DNA of 63,990 nucleotides, filler included, from Octopus bimaculoides (taxonomy: Eukaryota), in NCBI RefSeq assembly GCF_001194135.2. It is 5 parts of 5 records of this genome, joined end to end, with 100 filler letters (N's around TTAATTAATTAA, not from the genome) between each part and the next. Parts side by side here need not be neighbours in the genome. Positions count along the whole stretch, not along the records: positions 1 to 26,027 come from NC_068984.1; 4 more parts are not named here. One strand, given 5' to 3'. Shown piece by piece: positions 13,082-23,547 of the stretch (the first letter of the stretch is position 1; each line of letters opens with the position of its first letter). The notes below the pieces were generated by a model. It searched no databases. It was not told the DNA's origin and worked only from the letters and a program-made list of their open reading frames with translations. Made by a program: the position numbers and the translations under genes.

Positions 13082-13163
13082 GTAAGAAATTAAAATGACA
13101 AGAGAATAGGGAATTACGTCATATGACGTAATTTCTTATTCCCTTGTCATTTTCATTTCTTAC
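13082..13163. repeat. 82-bp loopless near-perfect palindrome
   Basis: 13082-13122 versus reverse complement of 13123-13163 match at 37/41 positions; centre TTACGTCAT|ATGACGTAA. Confidence 0.9.
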
Positions 13164-13278
13164 TATTGCTCTGTACTCGACTGACGCCTCGTTCTGAAAG
13201 ATATGTATAGTGAGTTCTAACACTAAGTTATTAGTATCGTTATGGCTAAGCAAAATGATAATAATAATAATAATGATG

Positions 13279-13320
<42 letters not shown>

Positions 13321-13396
13321 TGTGTGTGTATTTATATATATGTATAGTATATGTATGTATGTACACACACACATACACACATACATACATACATAC

Positions 13397-13438
<42 letters not shown>

Positions 13439-14627
13439 ATTACTTCGTTTACAATACCCAAAGCTTTAGCTATGCTTTAGGCTTTCAAAATTCTCTTTAT
13501 ACTTTATCATAAGAAACCATATTGTCATTTATCTTTTTGAAATGGGAAAACAAAGAAATTTCCATTTGTAACTAATATATTCTTCATTTGACATTTTTTT
13601 GTTAAGGAGCTTCTAAAGAAAGAAAAAATACCTCTTTGAATGGTTTGCGATTAAATACCAGACAACATGTGTTACCTTTTAATACTGGAACATGAAATTT
13701 GTTGCAAGATTTAGCCTCTAACTTCAATTACGGTTTAACCACCACTGTTTTGTAAATCATTCCAAACTGTCGTGAAACCAGCATAGCGAATATCAACATC
13801 TCAATATAATTGTCTTTCTCTCATTTGACTTATGCGAATGCATATATCATCATCATTATCAACTTCGTAAATTGTTTATGTCTATCTTCTCCATGTGGGT
13901 ATCGATATCTCTGGTTTACCATTCTCCCCCCCACTCTCTCTCTCTCGCTTTCTCTTTCTCTGTCTCGTCTCTCTCTCACTCTCACTCGCTCTCTCACTCT
14001 CACTCGCTCTCTCGCTCCTACTCTCTCCAGCTGTCCTTATTGCTTGTTGACTCCTTTTATAAAGAATATATTTTAAAGGACTACTCTAAATTATCCAATT
14101 CTATGTCGTGTTTGGTCTACACCTACCCTGGTTACTATTGACCACCAGCTCTTAAACACTTATTCTTTCATATAACTTATTCATTCTAATGACCTGTCCA
14201 CCGAACCAGCATAGACATCTCTCTGACATATTCCTTATAAATAGTCACTTTCTGCAACCATCTGTACAGTTTTATTCAAGTTATATAATCTAATTCATTC
14301 CATTGTCTTTATTTCTCTATTCCTTCATTGCATATTTTACTATCATATATATACATATACATATATATACACATATTTATATACATATATATACATACAT
14401 ATATATACACATATATATATACACACACACACATATATATATATACATACCTATATATATCCATACACATACATATATACATACATACATATATATATAT
14501 ACATATATATATACACACATACATGCATATATATGTACATATATATATATATATATACATACACACACACACGCACACACACACACACACACACACGCAT
14601 ATATACATATATATATATATTATACAC

Positions 14628-14689
<62 letters not shown>

Positions 14690-14739
14690 GCATTCAATGA
14701 CTTAGAGTTATATCTACAGATTTTCTTTAGAAATTATAT

Positions 14740-15420
14740 ACAGTGTTTGGGCTAAATTTGATAGTTCGCATAAAAAGAAAAGAAAACACAATGTCCCATT
14801 CCAAAATAAAAGTATTTTAAAAAATTTAAAATTAAAAAGTACAAACTACATCATGGCTAGAAGATAACAGTTTGCTCAAAATAGCCGCCCTCTGTTCTAC
14901 CGCAGCCTCAAGACGGCTCCGGTACTTGGTGCGTGTGTTCCTCGGAAAATCTTCGACCACCTCTTTGATCTTGGCTATCAATTAGATCGGCTTTGTTATT
15001 GCAGGCAGAGTGGTTGGTATATTTCTCAACTGCACTCCACACATAGTAATCCACAGTGGGAGTAATTGGAAGACCAGAAAGCGGGTCTGGTGAAGTAGAA
15101 ATTCTCTGACAACCACTGCTGACACTTTCCGGAGGTATGGCAAGGAGGTGAAACCTGCTACCACTCATATGACCCTCCAGCTAGGGATTGACTACAGTCT
15201 CCAGCAGCTTGAAATGGCCGTCTGAACCGAGCCTAGGACCTTGTTCAAAGATATGGAAATGAACACCGGCGTGCGGACGCAGTCAGAACGCCTGCTTTTC
15301 CCCTTCCTGTCGGTGAATATGATACAAGGAGAGACAGACAGCCAGCAAAACAGTGTCATAGATATAGGTTCTGTCGCAAACCTTAAATAAAATACGTCTA
15401 CGAGCGTGTGATAGATCTGT
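14740..15420 (-). mobile_element. DD37D (maT-like) transposon remnant
   Basis: Minus strand DYYVWSAVEKYTNHSACNNKADLI, homologous to 4300-4870 and 60400-61000. Confidence 0.7.
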
Positions 15421-15867
15421 TTAGAGATCAGAACTAGTGCTGCAGATCAAACAGCTTTTCATGTTTAACTTGAAGGGAAAACACAACAAATCTTCCGTAA
15501 TTTACTTGTCTGCAAATTGTGTTCAATGGTTCGATTCTATAAAGCAGATTTACATTTTTATTTTCAGACATAAAATTTTATTTACAAATGGATAGAATTT
15601 CTATTAAAACTTTTAGCTATCAAAACACACACATTCTTTTATGAGTTTCAACCCAAAGGCTGTGGTCATGCTGGAGCACCATCAATATATATATATGTAT
15701 ATATATATANNNNNNNNNNNNNNNNNNNNNNNNNNNNNNNNNNNNNNNNNNNNNNNNNNNNNNNNNNNNNNNNNNNNNNNNNNNNNNNNNNNNNNNNNNN
15801 NNNNNNNNNNNNNNNNNNNNNNNNNNNNNNNNNNNNNNNNNNATATATATATATATATATATATATA

Positions 15868-16754
15868 CGTGGTCTGATCAATAAGTATTCGGACTGTTGC
15901 CATCGTAGCGAAGCTAAAACACGCAGATTAAAGCCGCTTGGCACAGATTGACCTTAAACTCTTCTGTGCATGCACACTAAGTTTTAACGTTCAAGCTTCT
16001 GCTGTTTACAGCAGTGCTTGGAAGGAACGTGTGTAACGTGTGATCGTCGCATTGACTATGACAAAGAAAGTTGAGCAGAAAATCTGCATCAGATTTTGCC
16101 AAAAGCATGGCGATACCTGCTCAGAGGCCTACGCAAAGTTTTCAAAAAGCTTCCATCGTTCTCGACACAATCAAGGAAATCTTGTGCAATTGAAACCCGA
16201 GTGTCTTTTGGTCAGCTGAAAGCAGTTTTGGCACAAACTTGGCAGACACACGTCTCATACCCAAATCTTCAGCGATAATGGACTGAACCGAACCGTAACT
16301 AATCAGCACATCCTCTAATAACTCACGGATGGTGATTCGATGATTTCCCCTCACAATTGCACACACATCTACGATGTTTTTCTCATTTCCGCTGATTGCA
16401 GGTCACCCACAACGTTCGTCAATATTGACATTTTTCAGCCATCATAGAAATATCTGAAACACTTGTACACTTGTGCGCGGGACATACACCCGTCTCCATA
16501 CACTTTCTGCAACTTTGTGTACGCCTCTGAGCAGGTATCGCCATGACAACTTTCTGTCATGGCCAATGTGACGATCACATGCTACACACCTTCCTTCCAA
16601 GCACTGCTGTAAACAGCGCAAGTGAGTTAGAACGTTAAAACTTAGTGCGTATGCATAGCAGAGTTCAAGGTCAATCTTTGCCAAGCGGATTTACTCTGCG
16701 TGTTTTAGCTTCGTCACTATGGCAACAATCCGGATACTTATTGATTAGAACTCG
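15868..16754. mobile_element. Mariner fold-back derivative made of two inverted 5' ends
   Basis: TA flanks. Left arm 15868-16140 (TIR, leader, MTKKVEQKICIRFCQKHGDTCSEAYAK) is the inverted counterpart of 16511-16754. The spacer encodes the HTH region on the minus strand (RITIRELLED..GMRRVSAKFVPKLLSADQK). No catalytic domain. Confidence 0.88.
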
Positions 16755-17288
16755 TATGTATAACTCTTGAAGAAGGGCAGTAACCATCACCTTTACATGC
16801 ATTCCTAGCTTTCAACACAGATAACTCGCAATTGATATGTGTCTACTGGTGGGATTATCATCGCTTCAATGCCCATTCTTCCATGGTTGCATGAGTTAGA
16901 TAGAATTCGTTGAAGCAGGGTTTGTACGGCCCGATGCCCTTTCTGTTGCCAACCCTCAGATTCAAAACAAAGAATGCTACTTGTATGACGGTGACACTCG
17001 TTTATAATTATCACTTGATAACAAGAAACTCAGGCACACAATCTCCACTCATGCACACACACGTGAACGTGTGTGCTTAAAGGTTCACCTCTTTGGCTTA
17101 TGTATAAGGCAGTGTTAGATTGTTATGACACGAACTTAGCAAGTTCAGTGAAATAGAAACTTATGTTGTAATAAAGAAAACAGAACGTAGACGCCAATTA
17201 GCAATAGTGCAAAGGGCAGGTTAAAGGATGTGTCTATCGAGGTAATGGTACTCTGCTTGTATAGTGCCTTCATTGGTGAAAGTTGATC

Positions 17289-17886
17289 GTAGGAGTGGCT
17301 GTGTGGTAAGTAGCTTGTTTACCAGCCACATGGTCCCGGGTTCAGTCCCACTGCGTGGCATCTTGGGCAAGTGTCTTCTACTATAGCCTCGGGCCGACCA
17401 ATGCCTTGTGAGTGGATTTGGTAGACGGAAACTGAAAGAAGCCTGTCGTATATATGTATATATATATGTATGTATGTGTTTGTATGTCTGTGTTTGTCCC
17501 CCCAACATCACTTGACAACCGATGCTGGTGTGTTTATGTCCCCGTAACTTAACGGTTCGGCAAAAGAGACCGATAGAATAAGTNNNNNNNNNNCCGACCA
17601 ATGCCTTGTGAGTGGATTTGGTAGACGGAAACTGAAAGAAGCCTGTCGTATATATGTATATATATATGTATGTATGTGTTTGTATGTCTGTGTTTGTCCC
17701 CCCAACATCACTTGACAACCGATGCTGGTGTGTTTATGTCCCCGTAACTTAACGGTTCGGCAAAAGAGACCGATAGAATAAGTACTAGGCTTCCAAAAGA
17801 ATAAGTCCTGGGGTCCATTTGCTCGACTAAAGGCGGTGCTCCAGCATGGCCACAGTCAAAAGACTGAAACAAGTAAAAGAGTAAAA
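17289..17886 (+). mobile_element. SINE family C copy (190-bp assembly duplication across N gap)
   Basis: Complete head and 3' end; 17394-17583 is repeated identically at 17594-17783. Confidence 0.9.
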
Positions 17887-18039
17887 TGCATGTTGAAGTT
17901 TGGATGAGGTTGTTTTGAGGAAGACTGACAATCTTCTAGTTCCACGACACCGATGTTTATCCATGAGAAAGGACAGTAGTTTGGGATGATACTGCTTGGT
18001 ATCAGTATCAGAGGAGGTCTTATTATTAGAACAGAGAGA

Positions 18040-18255
18040 TACGCAGTGAACTGGCAGAATCGTTAGCACTCCAGGTAAAATGCTTTGTGGCATTTCGTCC
18101 ATCTTTACATTCCGAGTTCAAATTCTACCAAGGTCGACTTTGCCTTTCGTCCTTTCGGGGGTCCATTAAATAAGTACCAGTGGAGCATTGGGGGTCGATG
18201 TAATTGACTAGCGCCCTCCCACAAAATTTCTGGCCTTGTGCCTATAGTAGAAAGG
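18040..18255 (+). mobile_element. SINE family M copy with target-site duplication
   Basis: ATTATTAGAACAGAGAGA at 18022-18039 and 18256-18273 flanks the element; B-box GAGTTCAAATTC. Confidence 0.9.
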
Positions 18256-18574
18256 ATTATTAGAACAGAGAGAACCAGAACAGATAACACAAGGCTTCAT
18301 GCCTGATTTCCTAAGAGTACCAATTTGTTACTCTGGATTAGTACTCTTTTTTTTTATATTGACTCTGAAAGAAGGAAAGGTTAGTATGACCTTAGTGAAG
18401 TTTGAACTCTGAGCACAGAAAGTCACAACAAATTACATTCTATCCAGCACTCTAATGACAACCAATTTGGTGTGTTTTTGTTTGTGTATGGATGAAAACG
18501 AAGAGAAACCCATCATATATAAATGTAAACCTACATAATAGAAATACATAGTAAATTTAACTATTTCTCTGTAG

Positions 18575-18697
18575 ATTGAAACAACTATGAACAGCCTTAA
18601 ATGGTTTTCAAACCTTATTGGGTTCTCATTAGAGGTGGTCACATCATTTGACCAACTCCAGAGAAACAAACAGCCAATTTGTTTATATACACAATAA
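18575..18697 (+). CDS. Candidate exon of an unidentified gene (IETTMNSLKWFSNLIGFSLEVVTSFDQLQRNKQPICLYTQ*)
   Basis: Branch-like TTAAC, pyrimidine tract and TAG acceptor; only phase 0 is open (40 codons). The stop overlaps AATAAA. No recognisable homology. Confidence 0.3.
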   Translation: METTMNSLKWFSNLIGFSLEVVTSFDQLQRNKQPICLYTQ

Positions 18698-18729
18698 ATC
18701 CAGTAGCTACATACACATGTGTGTGGGAG

Positions 18730-18992
18730 TATATGCATGTTTGAGTCTACCCGTGTCTTGATATCATGTGATGGCTGTAAGCAAACATCACCATCATATA
18801 AGCAATGTTGTTGCTTTCCAGTCTTCCATGAAAAACGTGTCTGGCCATGGGGAAATATTACCTTGCTTGGAAACAGGTGAGGGTTTCGGAAGAATGACAT
18901 GCAGCCATAGAAAATCTACCTTGATAAATTCCATCCGACTCATTCAAGTATGAAAAGGTGAACAGTAAACGATGATGATGATGATGATGATG
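18730..18992 (+). mobile_element. RTE 3' UTR-derived fragment with (GAT)n tail
   Basis: Ends AAACGATGATGATGATGATGATG like the LINE tail at 47400-47592. Similar fragments at 30664-30855, 36240-36380, 42850-43050 (-) and 49950-50160. Confidence 0.6.
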
Positions 18993-19276
18993 GTGTTAAA
19001 CATAAATTATGCCAGAGCAATCCTTGGAACTATATTTTACTAAGTTTTCTTACTGCAATCAGTGATTAGATGTTTCTGCTAATTAGCCTCAGATACCTAT
19101 AACCTGTTCTTTAGCTACAAACTTTGAAACATGCTGACTTGCATGAAATGCCTACTGTAGACTAATGAACTCACAACCATGTTTTGATAATCTAATAACT
19201 TCACAATTAACTTTATTGATTACGCCATTTGAATTCTTTCTTTAAGTTTTAATACTAAGCAAGAAGAGTGTGGTTT

Positions 19277-19308
<32 letters not shown>

Positions 19309-19587
19309 AAATACAGATATGGTCTACAACACAAAGGTAGAGACATGAACAACTTTGGAAACTCAACAATAACAAAAATCAACTGTAAGCAAAAAAAATA
19401 AACAAACAAGGATTTTTATATTCATAGCTAATTATAATAAATTTTCTACAAATAAATTATTCTAGATACTAAAAATTGATACTTAAAAGTAATTGGAACC
19501 CAACTGAAATTTAGAAGAATTAGACCATTTTGAATGAATGATTAACCTACACTAACACTTGCTTTCTTTGCATAAATTCTGTTTCAG

Positions 19588-19638
19588 CTCAAGAAGACAA
19601 AGTTACATGAAGATTTTGATGTGCCTTCAGAAAAGTAA
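19588..19638 (+). CDS. Candidate terminal coding exon of an unidentified gene (LKKTKLHEDFDVPSEK*)
   Basis: Strong acceptor context ACTAAC..TTCTGTTTCAG followed by 16 codons and TAA. No homology recognised. Confidence 0.35.
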   Translation, partial: LKKTKLHEDFDVPSEK

Positions 19639-19745
19639 ACTTTGAAACATAATGGTATATAAAACATACTTATTTTCTAAAACAAAAATAATCTCAACAA
19701 AACACTCCGGGTTCTATATGTGAAGCTGTGCCTCTCAAACTAATT

Positions 19746-19905
19746 TTGTCCTTGACACACACTTTTTCCTGAATATGTGTAACTGAAAGTTGGGTGTGTT
19801 TAATATGCTTGTGCATCTTTTATGCTTGTCCTTGACACACACTTTTTCCTGAATATGTGCAACTGAAAGTTGGGTGTGTTTAATATGCTTGTGCATCTTT
19901 TATGC
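19746..19905. repeat. Tandem duplication, 2 x 80 bp
   Basis: Units 19746-19825 and 19826-19905 differ at one base. Confidence 0.95.
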
Positions 19906-19953
19906 TATTGAATACAGTATGTTGTTAAATAAATGTGAAGAAATAAACTCACT

Positions 19954-20161
19954 TTAACCCAGAACCGGCCATAATATTCTACATGTTTTATGTTCAAACT
20001 GGCCAGATCTGGCCTTTCACATGAACCCTACAATATCATTCTAAAAATTAAAAGTTACCACTTCAAAATCTCAAAGCTGCAACATAATGCATGATTGATT
20101 CAATATAGTGTAAGAGAACAAGCATTACTTTTGAGAGAATAATGTGAATGCTAAAGGTTTA
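19954..20161. mobile_element. MITE-like dispersed repeat, possibly piggyBac-derived
   Basis: Begins TTAA-CCC and ends GCTAAAGGTTTA. An oppositely oriented homologous copy lies at 34200-34370. Confidence 0.5.
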
Positions 20162-23100
20162 GCTAGCAATAATAACTGTTTCTAATTTATGCACAAGATA
20201 AGCAGTTTTCAGGAGAGGTGGGTAGTTGATACCATGGATCCCAGCATTTCTCTCATACTTTATTTTATCAACCCCAGAAGCATGAAATGTAAAGTTAACC
20301 TCAGTTGGATTTGAACTCATAATATAGAATAACACAACTACATACTACAAGACTCAAAATATTCAGCCAAGTCACCACCCTTTAACTAGCAAAAATAATA
20401 ACAACAGTAACAATAATTATAACTTACATAATAATGATAGTAATAAAAAAGACGATGAATAACAGCCAAAAAATTTATTTGTTCTGAAAATAACAATCAT
20501 AGTAAATAAATATGTTCTTTAATATTCACATTCATGTGCACAGATAAACACACTTACATACAAACAGTCACGCATGCATAATACAGAACAGAACACATAA
20601 ATGAAGGATGCATTACTTAACATATTACATCTAGAGAATTTTGATTAATAAGTCAAATATGCAAATTATAAAGATAATTACTTGCTTTACTAAACAGTGT
20701 TTTAAAGGTGAAAAAATGAATTTGGGAAAAAAATACACACCAAAACTAATTAATAAAAGATGATTAGGGAAGGATTGACACAAAATAATTCATTTTCTGT
20801 CTCTTTTTTTCTGCTAAAAGCATCTTAATAGGGGAGAAAAATTACATATATCTGAACTAGTTCAAAGAAAAGCAGAAATTTAATGTTTAAAATAGCTTTA
20901 ACCAAAGAATGAGATTTGTTGGCTAAGGTAGTATAATGACTGATTAATGATGATTTTAATGATGATGAAAAAAAAAATAATGATGATGATGAAGTAGATT
21001 TAAAAGTATAAAATTAAAGAGATAATAATTTTAAGATTTTATTTTAAAATTTTAAAAATATCAGATACATATAAATAATAAAAAAATAAAAATGTTTGGG
21101 GAAATATTTAACAGGATAATAAAGCACAGATCTGTGAAAAGTGATTAAAGAAAATGACACAATTAACAAAACATTATTATTATTATTAGTCAGAGAGAAA
21201 ATGCTTTCTTTTGATCTATTGCACTAGTAGGAATATTCAGAAAATAAACCAATAAAACAATGTCAAATGTATATAATGGACAAAGTGGTTTCTTTATAGT
21301 TAAGCTAATATAATTCTTTTTGCTTAATGCCAATTACAGAAAAAAATTTACAAAAAAAAAAAAGTTCTCATTCTTTGTTATTTCTAAATATTCAAACAGT
21401 GCAAAAGAATTTTATTTAAAAAATCATCAATTTAAATAGATATAAGTAGTGCTTTAGTAAAATCATATAGACACCTTATTGTATTTATTTATTTATTTCA
21501 ATGATTTATTTATTACTTTATTTAGTTAATAGAAATAATAACTTTCACCATACATTTCTGACCTGATCACCAATACTCACTTTTACTGTATCTACAGACA
21601 GTTGAATAGAGTATTTGTAAAGAAATATTAAAATAAAAGAATAATAAAGGAGTGAATTCAATAATGTGTGTATTTGTAGAATAAACAATTTGACAACAAA
21701 AATGTGAAGAATATATGATATCGTGAACTACTCACATCATAAAGTATACAACTATTAATATTTTGCTAGGAAAAAAAAAATGTGTGTATGTGTGATCAAA
21801 TATTCCACAAATCTATAAATCAATAATGAAAATTGATATGTCAATATAAAACTGAAGTTTAAATAATGCATTTATTTATGTGAGAGGGTGGTGCTCTTTG
21901 TATACATGATATAAGAAAAATACTTTAATTGATTAGTTATGTAATTATAGCAAGCATCATTAAATGAAATGACCTTTAATTAGAAATTATTTTTTGTCAT
22001 AACTTTCAAACATTCATGTGAAAATAAATATACCTTAGAAATATAGAAATATAGATATAAGTCTTTGTAATTGCATAACAATTATTGATTTCATTCTGTT
22101 ATCTTATTATATGTTAGTTAGAATAAGTTATTAATGAAAGATGGAAATTTTGTAGTCATTTTACAAGATTAGAGCAAAAGAAATTGGTTTTAGAAACTAA
22201 TTTAAATGACATATTTATAAAAGATTATTGCAGTTCACAAGAGACACCACTAAAACCAAACAAGACAGAATGAGTTAAGCTAAAATTTTGGTATTAAAAA
22301 AATCATTTTTGAAGCACACATATGAAAATAAATGAAAGCTTGGATTATTGTTCATGAAATATTGATTTCTTGTGATTAGGAAGGAAGCCAAATTTGCAAG
22401 AGTTGAGTATAATAAAATTAATCAACCTCAGCTTATAACTGGTATTTTAATGACTCCCAACAGAGATGGAAGGCAAAGTCCACTCCTGCAGGATTTAATT
22501 TCAGAATATTGAGGTTCTGATTAAGTTTCAGTAAAACAATAACCCAGTTGGTGTTCAAATACCTGGGCCATCATGACCCTCAATTGTTAGTTAAATATGA
22601 ATAGCAATATGGAAATTATTATTTTGACATAATAAATTATACCTCAAATAAATACCAATATTATTCTAAATACAGTGTTAATAAGACTAACAGAATCAAC
22701 AGCAAGGCACTCAGTCAAAGAAACAAAAATAAATAATAAAAAAAAAAAATAACAGCAAATTGCAGTTATAAGATAGACTGACAGATAGAGAGGTTTCACA
22801 GTTATTTTGGAAAGAGAAATTGAATTATATTTAGAGTGTATAATTATTTTGAAAGTTTCATAAAACATTAAGAGGAAGAGTATTAAAAGAGTATATTAAG
22901 AGAAACCATATGAAAATAAGTGTTATTTATGCTAAGAGATTTTATATAGCAAAAATAATGTATGCTTTTATGAATTTGCTATTCAGTAGGTGGGGTAGAA
23001 ATTGTAGTGAATAGAGTTTAATGAAAACAAATAACAATGGACAATGCTTATTATTGAAACCAATAACAGAGAACAGTAAGTTTACTATTGAAAGCAATAA

Positions 23101-23226
23101 TAGTAAACATGAACTGTGGTGTTCAGTTTAGAAACAACCAATTTTGAAGACAACCAATAAATTAAACCTCTCATAAGAGGATATTATGTTACAATATGTA
23201 CAGAATATATTCTGAATAAGATGATT

Positions 23227-23280
23227 TCATTCACTACCACTCGTCTCACTGGGACTAGCATCAGAACTGTGACTGTGTAC
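23227..23280 (-). CDS. Candidate terminal coding exon of an unidentified minus-strand gene (VHSHSSDASPSETSGSE*)
   Basis: Minus-strand acceptor ATCTTTCAATTACTTTCAG, 17 codons then TGA. GC-richer than flanks and followed by kilobases of minus-strand U-rich, UTR-like sequence. Confidence 0.45.
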   Translation of the reverse strand, partial: VHSHSSDASPSETSGSE

Positions 23281-23339
23281 CTGAAAGTAATTGAAAGATG
23301 GTTAATTATACTTATAGTAGCAAACGTCAATCATTACAA

Positions 23340-23547
23340 ATAAAGTATTAGTTTCAAGTTTTGGCAAAAGGCCAACAATTTTGGGGGTAGCGATAAGTTG
23401 ATTACATCAACCTTAATGCTCAACTGGTACTTATTTTATTGATCCTGAAAGGTAAAGTCAACCCTGGAAGAATTTGAACTCAGAAAGTTAAAGATAAACA
23501 AAATGTCACTAAGCATTTTGCCCAGCATGTTAACGATTCTACCAGAT
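23340..23547 (-). mobile_element. SINE family M copy, diverged
   Basis: Reverse complement of the 5982/18040 element. Confidence 0.75.

Noticed and set aside
17394-17783. 190-bp exact direct repeat inside a SINE
   Set aside because: Same artefact: identical copies flanking a 10-N gap.
19588-19634. 19588 exon as the missing upstream USP16/45 exon
   Set aside because: The phase-compatible frame (SRRQSYMKILMCLQK) does not resemble the expected ..DEETKxKVK segment preceding YCRQAKYTF.
19746-19905. 80-bp tandem duplication as a functional element
   Set aside because: One-base difference; a recent local duplication or co-assembled alleles, with no motif.
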